A stretch of DNA of 64,000 nt from a virus. The position numbers were made by a program, and so were the translations under genes. Each line of letters opens with the position of its first letter. Positions within the stretch are counted from its first letter, which is position 1. Positions 26,903 through 36,704 of this stretch are shown in pieces. Location of the stretch: IMG/VR virus record IMGVR_UViG_3300020442_000011, positions 48,001-112,000 of that record, one strand, 5' to 3'. The notes under the pieces are model-generated. The model was not told the DNA's origin and made no database searches. It saw nothing but the letters and a program-made list of their open reading frames with translations.

Positions 26903-28702
26903 ATGACCGACAAACCTAAACTCGTTGGTATCGAAGCCAAACATATTACTTATGTCCCCGATCAGAACGGGGGTAATCATGATGCTTTGTTCATTAAAGA
27001 AGTTGGACATTTCAGTGATGGTAGTAAACGACCGCGTTTAAAACGGATTGATGATTATAAACGCCCCTACTACGTCACTATGCCAGGTAAGCAAGTTCAC
27101 AAGGATAAACGCGATTATGAACTTGCTTCCAACCTCCGTAAGTTTTCATCGACACAAGTTGAACTAGCACGTAACATAGCTCGTTCTCTCAATGATTGGT
27201 CTGGTGGTCCTAATCCACGACTAAGACAGCTTTCTAGAAGTCCATACTTGTATGGATCGGATGTTACACCCCCTACCTTAGTTAAAGCAGAATACCGCGA
27301 GAAATGGCCGGGTTTGTTTAGCTTTAACAAAGTGGCAGCTGGTGATACCGAGACTAACGTTTTTAGTGATGATCAAGAGATCATCCTTATGTCTGTCACC
27401 TATAAAAGTAAAGCGGCTCTTTTCTACTTAAAGAGTTTCGTGGATGGCGAAGAAAACGTTATTGAGCGCACGCATGAATTAGCCAAGCGTGAAATTGGCG
27501 ATGTTCTCAAGGAACGAAACATAGACCTTGAGGTCATGATCTGTGATACGCCAGGTACCATCGTCAAAGAAGCGTTATCACGACTCCATGCATGGAAACC
27601 CGATTTCTTCACTTTCTGGAACATGGACTTCGATATCACAAAAATGATGGAGGCTATGGAACGTGAAGGAATTGATCCGGCAGATTTATTCTCCGATCCT
27701 TCCGTACCGCCAAATTTCCGTTATTTTGAGTATAAGAAAGGTAACACGCAAAAAGTGACGGCCTCAGGCAAGACGATGTCTATTGCTATCGAGGATCGTT
27801 GGAACTGGGTGACGCACCCAGCGATGTGGCAAATGGTCGACAGTATGCCAATCTACCGCATCCTTCGTGTGGCTGATGGTAAAGATTCGTCCTATGCGTT
27901 GGATTATATTCTTGATAAAGAGGGCCTCGCTAAGAAGCTTAAGATCGTTGACCTTAAGAATGCCAGTGGATTACGCTGGCACGAAATCATGCAAGAGAAA
28001 TACAAAATCGAATACGGGGTGTACAACTTATTCGATAGTATCGCTCTTGAACTCTTAGACGAAAAGACGAATGATCTTGGATCAAACATCAGTCTTCATT
28101 CTAAGAACTCAGATTACAAGAATTTCAACTCTCAACCAAAACGTCTATGCGACGATATGCATTTCTGGCATTTACGCCAAGAGATTCCAGAGGTCATTGG
28201 TTCTTCTTCAGATCAGGCGGAAGATGAACTCGATAAGTTTGTTATCGGACATTCGGATTGGGTAGTTACATTACCGTCTTACATGGCATCACCCACCGGT
28301 ATCAAGTGCGTTAAGGATTACCCTGACTATTCTACCATGATCTTCGTCCACGTATCTGACTTAGACGTGGTATCGACGTATCCCAATGTTTCTCAGCTGC
28401 TCAATATTTCACGTAAAACGTGTGTATTTGAATTCTCACGGATGAAGGGAATAAGCGAACACCACCGTCGTGAAGTAGGGGTCAATCTAACGGGTGGACG
28501 TGTTAATGCTGTTGAGATAGGTCAGAAGATTTTAGGTATGCCAGAAATGGATGAACTAGTCAGTGAATTCTGCCAGGAAAACGGAATAGCAGCACCACTA
28601 GTGGATAGTCGTTACATTGTAGCTGCACCCCTCGAAATGAAACACCCCGAAGAAGAGTCAGTACCTGATCAAACGATGTTGGATGACGTCGTTACCCATT
28701 AG
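26903..28702 (+). CDS. Split family B DNA polymerase, exonuclease plus motif A subunit (phiKZ gp82-like)
   Basis: ExoI DTET, ExoII WNMDFD, ExoIII YNLFD, motif A DLDVVSTYP; no motif C. Confidence 0.88.
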   Translation: MTDKPKLVGIEAKHITYVPDQNGGNHDALFIKEVGHFSDGSKRPRLKRIDDYKRPYYVTMPGKQVHKDKRDYELASNLRKFSSTQVELARNIARSLNDWSGGPNPRLRQLSRSPYLYGSDVTPPTLVKAEYREKWPGLFSFNKVAAGDTETNVFSDDQEIILMSVTYKSKAALFYLKSFVDGEENVIERTHELAKREIGDVLKERNIDLEVMICDTPGTIVKEALSRLHAWKPDFFTFWNMDFDITKMMEAMEREGIDPADLFSDPSVPPNFRYFEYKKGNTQKVTASGKTMSIAIEDRWNWVTHPAMWQMVDSMPIYRILRVADGKDSSYALDYILDKEGLAKKLKIVDLKNASGLRWHEIMQEKYKIEYGVYNLFDSIALELLDEKTNDLGSNISLHSKNSDYKNFNSQPKRLCDDMHFWHLRQEIPEVIGSSSDQAEDELDKFVIGHSDWVVTLPSYMASPTGIKCVKDYPDYSTMIFVHVSDLDVVSTYPNVSQLLNISRKTCVFEFSRMKGISEHHRREVGVNLTGGRVNAVEIGQKILGMPEMDELVSEFCQENGIAAPLVDSRYIVAAPLEMKHPEEESVPDQTMLDDVVTH

Positions 28703-29083
28703 CTGAAGTATCGTGAAGGAAAAGGTGGGTACGAGGTATCTACTAAAGGTGATCGTCGTTTCTCAGCCCTTGTAGCCCGTCTATCGGACGGGTATACCAT
28801 CGAAGAGCACTACCAGCTTCGTGTAAAGGGATACGGTACTTTAGGTATTGACCATTGGAAGAAGGGAAAAGGTAAACCGCCACGAATACGGTTTGATAAA
28901 GATGATCTTTACCGCGCTTATTTTGGATTATGGGAGCAATGGGCGCTCGAAAATCCAACACTCATTGAGGAGTTAAAACGCCATGCTGACCACCACAACA
29001 AAACCCTCAGCGACTGTTTCAGTCATGGACGCCCTGTCAATCAAGCAAGAGCATTATCTGAAATACTCGAACGTGGTATTTAA
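28703..29083 (+). CDS. NADAR-like protein, in frame after polymerase TAG, no canonical start
   Basis: Hand translation LKYREGKGGYEVSTKGDRRFSALVARLSDGYTIEEHYQLRVKG...WALENPTLIEEL...VNQARALSEILERGI*; not in ORF track. Confidence 0.7.
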   Translation: MKYREGKGGYEVSTKGDRRFSALVARLSDGYTIEEHYQLRVKGYGTLGIDHWKKGKGKPPRIRFDKDDLYRAYFGLWEQWALENPTLIEELKRHADHHNKTLSDCFSHGRPVNQARALSEILERGI

Positions 29084-29348
29084 AGCACCACGTTCTGCCG
29101 GTAAATCTACATCTTCAGATTTACCTTTGTATTTAAATGCAGAATTCTTTAAGAAAAACACTCACTGGTTAATGCTAGAAGTTAATAATGAATTAAAGGA
29201 AGTTGAGCGTTCTGAAAATAGTTGCTTTATTAATCTCCGAATTCTATCGAGCATGAGAGTGTTGTTCTGGTTGGCATGCCTCATAGATAGGAACTGCTAC
29301 CTCAATCATAAAATCCAGTACGTTTCTTTTGGAGGTGGGGTAAAATGA
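29073..29348 (+). CDS. Hypothetical protein with Walker-A-like APRSAGKST
   Basis: GTG start near the previous stop; the track's 28983 start overlaps the NADAR-like ORF. Confidence 0.4.
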   Translation: MVFKAPRSAGKSTSSDLPLYLNAEFFKKNTHWLMLEVNNELKEVERSENSCFINLRILSSMRVLFWLACLIDRNCYLNHKIQYVSFGGGVK

Positions 29349-29779
29349 AAGCATTGCAGTTTTATTTCGGTGACGGCAAAAATGATAACCCAGAAAGAGT
29401 GTCTACGGAGTGTTTTCCTTTGTCGATCGAGAGGGAGAATTATGTAAGATCCTTAACGGATTACTGGCTTTGGGGATTAACTATTGGCCCTGGTAAACGT
29501 TCCGAGTTATGTGGATACCCACGACAAGTTGAAGAACTAAGCAATGCTATTTTAACATCAACGACCCACAGACATTGGCGAAGTTTAGTTTTGGATATAC
29601 ACACGCCATACAGCCCATTGCTAACAGCTCTGATGTCAATAACCGCAAGTAGTTTATCAGTACTCACTGTATTGATACACGAAACATCAAGACTTCCGTT
29701 AACTCTTTTTCACCGACTCGAAATGAAAAATCGTTTATGGTATAATTATCTCCACAACGACCTGGAAAAAATTGATTAA
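29345..29779 (+). CDS. Hypothetical protein
   Basis: 144 aa, GGAGG RBS, ATGA coupling. Confidence 0.65.
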   Translation: MKALQFYFGDGKNDNPERVSTECFPLSIERENYVRSLTDYWLWGLTIGPGKRSELCGYPRQVEELSNAILTSTTHRHWRSLVLDIHTPYSPLLTALMSITASSLSVLTVLIHETSRLPLTLFHRLEMKNRLWYNYLHNDLEKID

Positions 29780-29875
29780 CCTCGCTTCTTACATAAGTGA
29801 TTTAAGCATGCAAACGATTATTATCGGTCTATCAATAGGATGAAAGTTTTTCGACTTGGACCGGATCAAATAAAT

Positions 29876-29914
29876 GACATAATTGCCTCCCCTAATGGGG
29901 AGGCAATATGCCGT
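29876..29914. terminator. Bidirectional terminator
   Basis: GACATA-ATTGCCTCCCC-TAAT-GGGGAGGCAAT-ATGCCGT. Confidence 0.8.
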
Positions 29915-29917
29915 GTT

Positions 29918-32809
29918 TTAGTTGTGGCGCAAAAACAAAATATCCAGATCGTCTTGAATGGTAATGTCCATATTAGGTAACGCTACGGCGCGCTTACCCA
30001 ACGTCAATCGAGACGATTGGTCTGTAACGCTAACGATCGTTGCATTGTTACCTGCAAGTCCTGTCATCTTAACAGCCGCCACATCGTTTCCAGCTTCCTC
30101 CCTAAGGCGTTTTGTGATAGAAGATGTATCTACCGTCTCTTCTTCCAACATCTCGCTTATAACACGGTGCGTCATCGTTGTGAGGGCACTACGAAGCTGC
30201 GTGTTAGAGTAAGAAGAGGGAGTCAGGTAATATTCAACACCAATAGACTGATTTAAGGGTAATGATTGACGTTCGTCTTGATTTACCTCTACCGTTGTAT
30301 CGCCGAACGTAATGGTGGGGTGTAAGTACAGTTCCGTCCGTTCCCGAAGGTTCTGTTGGAATACAGTAATGTCATCGATCAATAAATCACGAATGAAACG
30401 CCCAAGCTGTTCGCGATAATCAACCACTCGTTGGTCATCAGCGAACATATAAAGTCCATCGACCAAGAACAATGTGTACTCACGTTTTATCTTGCGTGTT
30501 TCTACCAAGATGGGATTTCCATTAACATCCAGTACCGGGTCTCCTTTTAAGTGCTCATAAACAGGGTTACCATTAGAATCTAATACAGGCTCTCCTCGTT
30601 CATGGATGATCCGGTAATCAATATTACCTTCCTCATCAATGTCGATAATGGGTGATCCGTCTTGGTCGCGTTCAATGATGGTGGATTCGTACACCTTCGG
30701 AACGTTATCTGTGTAGCGTTGGTAGTTCTGTTCTGAAGGAACTGTTCGTGAACGACGCCATAGATTGCTCAGAGAAGAACCGAACGTGATATTCAATCGT
30801 TCTCGACTGATTACCATCGCATCGACGTTTTCCGGTAACAGATGGGTACTCACCAACAGGTCAAGTTCACCGGGATCGTAGAATCGCATATCTTGATTCA
30901 ACGCGATGAACGTGATATCGAACATCCCATTGAGAGGTGTGAAGAACACACGTTGGTTGTCGTCGAACATACTGAAGTTTAACGTGCGGATGTTGTCTTC
31001 ACTATCGACATCAAAGTTTGTTTCGATACGGAACTCAACAACACGCTCCCCGTCGTCGTTTTGCACGACGGTTCCATTAACACTAGCGTAGGTTCTTTCA
31101 TTCTGTGGAATGTAACCCAACTGAACAATAATGTTTTCAGAGTCGATCTCTTTAATTCGTTCTCCGCTGCCTGTACTGATTAGTAGGCGGTAACCATAAT
31201 CTGTAGCTTCTATCTGATAGCCGTTAATACCGATTTGCATTTCTGTGGTCGGGTTAGCATCCACAAAAATTTGACTATCCACAGACGGCTGTGTTAGGAG
31301 ATAAGGGCGTACATCAAATTGATTACGGGTACCGTCAAGAACATAATGGAAAGGTGAATACATCAGGCGTGATTGATTCAAGCGTGTGATGCGTGCTTCC
31401 ACCGACAATGACATTAGTTCATTGTACGCGTTATCTGACAAGCGAACTACTTTTCCATCACTGTACTCATACAGAGAAGATGGTAAAATAGTGATGCGTT
31501 CTCCATTGTCAACGATGTTCGATGAACTACCTAGTTCAGAAAGAGTGTTCTGTAAAACACCCATGAACACGCCCGCCGCACTATTAAGCTGCGGAATGGA
31601 AGACGTCGGTAATGAGCGAATAGCAATGAATTGGCGATCAGTAGTGTTATCCACTAAGTTAACAAGACGGTAGCCACGACGAGATAAAGAAGCATCCAAC
31701 TGAGAATAGGTGATGGGGTCTTCATCAGTGGCTAGCGTATTATAAATCACCTGGTTCCTTAATTGATCAAACGTTAGAGCAGGTGTGCCACCAGTGACCC
31801 GTTTACGACTAATCGATTGAAGCTCATTGAACGTACGTAGAGGTGCAGTATACCGCTGTTCATCGTCGATGGAATTAAACACCGTTTCAAAGTTCGTCGG
31901 GTCAAAACTCGAGAGGTCGACATCAATTTCCCCTTTTGTGGTGTAAATATCAACACGTACTTCCCCAGATACCATTCCCTGTGTGAAATAGACAGGGGGT
32001 ATCTCCACATGAAGTTGATGATCCTGAACAGTTAGAACAGCAGTCAGCGTCCGGTGGTCGTAAACCTGGTCGCTATGTGTGGTAACCAACTCTTGCCAGT
32101 TTCCATTACGATTTAAGAAAACACGAGCAAAGAAGAAATTATCATCGAACGAATATTTAGCATTAAATCCAGCTGCCGCATTAATGGTAAAATTCTTCGT
32201 TGTTAATTTCATTTGAAGAACTGGAATCTCCATCATGATGTATTGACGTTGATTACCTGTAACAATATCCCATTTCACCATATTCGACGTCAGCGTTGTA
32301 ATAGGTGACGGAGAATCATTATTATACGTTATCTGTAAACCACCATGTGGCATCAGTTCGATATAAATAGGATACTGCATCGTAAAGGTGTACGTCCCCA
32401 CAGTAACCGATGTTAAGCGTGGAATGACCAAACGCTTAATGCGTGTTCCTGGAACCTCAACAACTTTACTCAATACCTCGTCTTTAGACATGATAATTTG
32501 GATCGACGTTGATGCTGGTTGACTAAAACGTCCCAGATAATCGCGATCGCTCATGTGACGGTAAAGGTCACCCTCAGACTTAGCCATGCGAGCATAAACC
32601 TTCTGAAGGATTGCTTGGTTTTCATCCAAACCAACACATGTTAATAGCGTGCTGTTTTCCAATGCCCAGGGAAAAGGTGCGGATGCTGTGGGTACATCGT
32701 ACTGACCATCGCGCTTCTGTAATTGTTGTTCGAGTTCGTTATAAACAACATCGAGCATCAATGCGGGATTATTCAATACGTCTCGCAGTCGGTTGATATA
32801 GGTACTCAT
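29918..32809 (-). CDS. Large virion structural protein, probable baseplate wedge (T4 gp6-like; phiKZ gp87-like)
   Basis: 963 aa beta-rich; VTGGTPALTFDQLR resembles gp6/J motif. Confidence 0.7.
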   Translation of the reverse strand: MSTYINRLRDVLNNPALMLDVVYNELEQQLQKRDGQYDVPTASAPFPWALENSTLLTCVGLDENQAILQKVYARMAKSEGDLYRHMSDRDYLGRFSQPASTSIQIIMSKDEVLSKVVEVPGTRIKRLVIPRLTSVTVGTYTFTMQYPIYIELMPHGGLQITYNNDSPSPITTLTSNMVKWDIVTGNQRQYIMMEIPVLQMKLTTKNFTINAAAGFNAKYSFDDNFFFARVFLNRNGNWQELVTTHSDQVYDHRTLTAVLTVQDHQLHVEIPPVYFTQGMVSGEVRVDIYTTKGEIDVDLSSFDPTNFETVFNSIDDEQRYTAPLRTFNELQSISRKRVTGGTPALTFDQLRNQVIYNTLATDEDPITYSQLDASLSRRGYRLVNLVDNTTDRQFIAIRSLPTSSIPQLNSAAGVFMGVLQNTLSELGSSSNIVDNGERITILPSSLYEYSDGKVVRLSDNAYNELMSLSVEARITRLNQSRLMYSPFHYVLDGTRNQFDVRPYLLTQPSVDSQIFVDANPTTEMQIGINGYQIEATDYGYRLLISTGSGERIKEIDSENIIVQLGYIPQNERTYASVNGTVVQNDDGERVVEFRIETNFDVDSEDNIRTLNFSMFDDNQRVFFTPLNGMFDITFIALNQDMRFYDPGELDLLVSTHLLPENVDAMVISRERLNITFGSSLSNLWRRSRTVPSEQNYQRYTDNVPKVYESTIIERDQDGSPIIDIDEEGNIDYRIIHERGEPVLDSNGNPVYEHLKGDPVLDVNGNPILVETRKIKREYTLFLVDGLYMFADDQRVVDYREQLGRFIRDLLIDDITVFQQNLRERTELYLHPTITFGDTTVEVNQDERQSLPLNQSIGVEYYLTPSSYSNTQLRSALTTMTHRVISEMLEEETVDTSSITKRLREEAGNDVAAVKMTGLAGNNATIVSVTDQSSRLTLGKRAVALPNMDITIQDDLDILFLRHN

Positions 32810-32818
32810 GGATCTTCC

Positions 32819-33883
32819 TTATTGATTCAAATTAAATACGTCACGATAAAGGTCTTTGCTTACCCACCATTCCAGTTCCAATGTTAACGGATTGATGCGG
32901 GGATAAGTGCGGTGTTCAAAGAAAGGTTTCTCGTTATCGCGAAGCTTATAATAAACGTTTGTTCTAAAACCATCTTCCATATTTCGATTAAACGTGGTGA
33001 CGGTTTTATTGAATTCATGTACTAAGATATTGTCGTAGTACGTAAATCCTAACGAACGGAAGTTAATGGATATCTGATCGTTAGCGGTGGTAAAGGGTGA
33101 TTGGGACCCATCACCTTCGAAATTAAAGATGTTACCGATAGGCGAAGTAATTGGCCATGAAACACCCGTGGCACCCATACGTGTCACATATTTTCGAGTA
33201 CTATCCATAACCAGACGATAGATGCGTGTTTGGTAATCGATCTCATTCGCTGTAATGACCTCGGGGTGCGGCCATAACTTACCCTCATAAACAAGACCTT
33301 GATACCAGCCCCAAATGAGCATCATGAATGATATAGGGTCTCCCTCAAGGTTACGGAAGTTAGCGGTGAGGTCATATGAACCGTAGTTGTATGGAATGTC
33401 GTCTGTATAGCCATATACCTCACGATACAAACCGGGAGATTGCATGTTTGTATTCAAGGTAAAATCTTGAAAACCCGATAGGCTAATGAGGTTATTGGAC
33501 AGTAAAGGAATGAACGCATTAAGTTGATCTACACCCGTCACGCTAACTCGTTCATTTTTTTCTAGCCAGGGATCAAATGTTACACGCATCATTCGTGCAA
33601 GTGAATTTGTCCGCTCATTAACCATATTACTCATCACACGGTCAACAATTAGGTTATTGTATGACATATTCATCAACGGACGAGTAAAGAATGTATAGCC
33701 GTGGTTTTCGGTATTTAATGCAATACCGGCATTCCGGCCAGACATGTTAAGACCGTAAAAGGAGTTACTGATCGTCTGGTCGACGTCGGATCGACCCACA
33801 CGACGATATATCTCTGAAAGACTCCTTTGGTACGCTTGACGATTCTCGTCAATGATAATTTCAGGTCGGATGTTACCAGTCAT
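32819..33883 (-). CDS. Virion structural protein, tail-tube-initiator-like (phiKZ gp88-like)
   Basis: GYTFFTRP and tube-fold-like beta pattern; ATG 33883 with GGAG RBS. Confidence 0.65.
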   Translation of the reverse strand: MTGNIRPEIIIDENRQAYQRSLSEIYRRVGRSDVDQTISNSFYGLNMSGRNAGIALNTENHGYTFFTRPLMNMSYNNLIVDRVMSNMVNERTNSLARMMRVTFDPWLEKNERVSVTGVDQLNAFIPLLSNNLISLSGFQDFTLNTNMQSPGLYREVYGYTDDIPYNYGSYDLTANFRNLEGDPISFMMLIWGWYQGLVYEGKLWPHPEVITANEIDYQTRIYRLVMDSTRKYVTRMGATGVSWPITSPIGNIFNFEGDGSQSPFTTANDQISINFRSLGFTYYDNILVHEFNKTVTTFNRNMEDGFRTNVYYKLRDNEKPFFEHRTYPRINPLTLELEWWVSKDLYRDVFNLNQ

Positions 33884-33921
33884 CGGGGTGACTCCATTTC
33901 TCATTAAGAAGGTGCAAAAAG

Positions 33922-35145
33922 ATGATCGATCCTATTTCTATTCCAGCAGCCCTTGCTGTCGCTAAGGGTCTAGGGGCAGCAGCTGGACGTAAGGCCATTA
34001 TTGACGGTGGTTCTGATTTTGCTCTGCGTACAGCAGGGGGTCTTCTCACCAAAGCAACTCGAATGCTACAAGAAGGCCAGTCTATTCGTTCGTTGGCTGA
34101 TTACAGTCGTCCCGCCCGTGTTGAGCCTCTCGTTATTGTGGAAGAAAGTCTTCAGGATATCCCAGCGATGGCAGATGTCATGAAGAGTGTCTCTTCTATC
34201 TTCATTGGTTACTACCTTCAAGCCGCTGTGTTCACGGGTACTAAAATCGGCAGTATTGATCCACTGAAGGTTTTTGACCGATTAAACCCAGACCGTTCAC
34301 GTACGTTGGTTCAACGTGGTGGTGAAGTCGTCTTTTCTAAAGAGTCTTATGACGAAGGGCTACCTTCGTTCGAACAATACAGTCAGCCAGAACCTACCGG
34401 TAATCTGATTGTCTCTATCGAAAAAGCAAAAGATAAAGACGACGTCAAACCTGATGGTGTTGCTGGACACCACGCCAGTGTTGACAGCGCAGAAAAGATT
34501 TTTGAAGCCAACAGCCTCGTGGTGGGTAAACTGATCCAAGTGGAACTTCAAGAAGGTGAACATAAGGGTAAATTCCCTATTATGGTCCGCCTTGCCCCCG
34601 CCGCAGTTAAGACGGGTGTTATCACTCATATCTTTACGGCCGCATCAAAAGGTACTTCGATCAAAGAGCAATACCACATGTGGCGCGCCGGTCAGATTTC
34701 ATTCTGGCGTGATTTGGTATTCCAGACCAACCTTATTGACCAACACCGCAAGGCATTGGTTAATGACACGTCGAATATTTACCAGACGATCACTGACCGT
34801 CGTCGTGAGAATACCATGTCAGCCGCGTCTACCAAACAACCAAGCATGGCCGACGCGTCTAATATTCTGGTTGTCTCAAAAGATACGGCCCGTGAGATCG
34901 GTCGTCAGTTATACGGTAAGGTTGAAAACCTTAACACACGCCGTAAATTGTTCGACAGTACCTACCTTCTTTTATTCGTCGTGGTCGATGAACTTCACGA
35001 GCGTGTGACCATTTACCATCGTGGTTACGATAAACCTACCACCGCAAGCTTCAACGACATTAAGTCGTCTGAGAAAGGTAAGGGTCCAGACTTTACCGAA
35101 ATCCTTAAGGCGTACGTGGCGGGTGCTACCCCCAACATGATTTGA
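33922..35145 (+). CDS. Virion head protein (phiKZ gp89-like)
   Basis: 407 aa; internal S-x-E sites; synteny. Confidence 0.7.
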   Translation: MIDPISIPAALAVAKGLGAAAGRKAIIDGGSDFALRTAGGLLTKATRMLQEGQSIRSLADYSRPARVEPLVIVEESLQDIPAMADVMKSVSSIFIGYYLQAAVFTGTKIGSIDPLKVFDRLNPDRSRTLVQRGGEVVFSKESYDEGLPSFEQYSQPEPTGNLIVSIEKAKDKDDVKPDGVAGHHASVDSAEKIFEANSLVVGKLIQVELQEGEHKGKFPIMVRLAPAAVKTGVITHIFTAASKGTSIKEQYHMWRAGQISFWRDLVFQTNLIDQHRKALVNDTSNIYQTITDRRRENTMSAASTKQPSMADASNILVVSKDTAREIGRQLYGKVENLNTRRKLFDSTYLLLFVVVDELHERVTIYHRGYDKPTTASFNDIKSSEKGKGPDFTEILKAYVAGATPNMI

Positions 35146-35160
35146 TCCAGGGAGATATCA

Positions 35161-36072
35161 ATGGAAATCCAGAAATACGTAAAATCACTTATCCCTGCGA
35201 TTGAGCGTAAGGAAGTGGTTAACGCGATCACCTCGCTAAAAGAAGAATTAAATACGACGGTTATCCCTATCTGCGATGACATCAACGAAAGCTTTAAAGA
35301 TCATACATTCAAAGGAAAGATGGAGAAGAAGCTTTCACGTGATCTTCGTCAAGTCGCTACCTTTACAGCACCATCTGCTGTGTTCGTTGTCAACGACGTG
35401 GTTAAAGGTCTCCCGGCTCTCCTGAATGTCATGGAACAGCACGCAAAACGTCTATTCTCTTTTCAGTTCTCGACGTTTAACATTTCGTTTGACCGTGCCA
35501 ATTTCTTGCAGTTGTTGGATGCTATTACTTTCTACATCCATTATCATCGTCGGTTCATGTTGGAGCTGGTGCAAGAAGAAAACATTGCCATGGGTAAAGG
35601 CAAACCAGTAAAATGGTCAAAAGGTTTCAAGCTTTTTGTAGAACAAGGCTTTAAAAGCTACCTTGAACTTACTCGCGCATTCTTCGTGACGCCAACTGAA
35701 TTCGAAACCCGTCTGAAAACAGTGAGTAACGCTGAAATCTCAGAAGATACATTTGAGATGGCACGTAAGACACTGGGGGTATTGAAAACAGATCCCTTCC
35801 AACTGGAACGTGGGTTTGTTGCGACGACCTACCGTCCTATCAACCCTCTGTTCAGCTTAGGTAAACGCCGTGCTGAACTTCAGGTGAAACGCTACCGTTT
35901 AGGAAAGGAAGAACTTGCAGGTTTGCAGTTACGCCTTCAGGAATATCGGGAATTACGTGATGGAAGTAACGCCGATCCTAAACTCCAGAAGTTGATCGAG
36001 TATACGGAATCACGTGTTGAAAACCTCAACTATGAGTTGGTCCAATTCGAAGAAGAAAATCGACTCGACTAA
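35161..36072 (+). CDS. Virion head protein (phiKZ gp90-like)
   Basis: 303 aa, GGAG RBS, C-terminal coiled coil. Confidence 0.7.
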   Translation: MEIQKYVKSLIPAIERKEVVNAITSLKEELNTTVIPICDDINESFKDHTFKGKMEKKLSRDLRQVATFTAPSAVFVVNDVVKGLPALLNVMEQHAKRLFSFQFSTFNISFDRANFLQLLDAITFYIHYHRRFMLELVQEENIAMGKGKPVKWSKGFKLFVEQGFKSYLELTRAFFVTPTEFETRLKTVSNAEISEDTFEMARKTLGVLKTDPFQLERGFVATTYRPINPLFSLGKRRAELQVKRYRLGKEELAGLQLRLQEYRELRDGSNADPKLQKLIEYTESRVENLNYELVQFEEENRLD

Positions 36073-36089
36073 TTAATGGAGACATCAAC

Positions 36090-36632
36090 ATGATGTTGAA
36101 TATCCTTGGTGGGTCGGTGGATAAGTATTCAGGTGGGATGAGTAAAACTGATTTTTCATCCAAAACCATCCCCGGTGACCCCGAAGTATCTCAGCTCTGG
36201 TCTGAGTATGTTAACCCGAATATCCCGACGTACGATTGGGTGTTTCGTAAACGTGTGTTGTCGGTAGCTATGCGATTGTTCCAAGACCATGACTGGTTTC
36301 GCGACCAAGAGCGTAATGCCAACCTTCATGGTTACAACTACGGCTTCGTAGTCGACACGATGCGTTTTATTGCGACAGGTAAGCGTAAGATGTCACTGTC
36401 TATCTGGAGTGAACTCGTTACACACGAACACACCCAGAAGAAAGATGTTAGCAAACGACACGAGATCATTGATCTTCTCAAAGCGCATTCGTTATTCTTG
36501 GCAACTCCGCCAGTTGGTATGCTTCAGAAATGGTGTTCTCATCCGGAAGGAATTGATGATCTTCTATGGTCGCTCAATATCCTCTTTGGTGATTTGAGCA
36601 TCTCCCATAACACAGTAAGCGAAGTTCGATAG
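36090..36632 (+). CDS. Virion-associated hypothetical protein
   Basis: 180 aa, GGAG RBS. Confidence 0.7.
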   Translation: MMLNILGGSVDKYSGGMSKTDFSSKTIPGDPEVSQLWSEYVNPNIPTYDWVFRKRVLSVAMRLFQDHDWFRDQERNANLHGYNYGFVVDTMRFIATGKRKMSLSIWSELVTHEHTQKKDVSKRHEIIDLLKAHSLFLATPPVGMLQKWCSHPEGIDDLLWSLNILFGDLSISHNTVSEVR

Positions 36633-36704
36633 TAACTAATGATTATGTAGCTACTACTTACTTAATTGTCTGTAATACTTCCATTTTGCAAAAAGGAAAT
36701 AACG

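Noticed and set aside
28983-29072. 5' part of ORF 28983-29348
   Set aside because: Overlaps the better-supported NADAR-like frame
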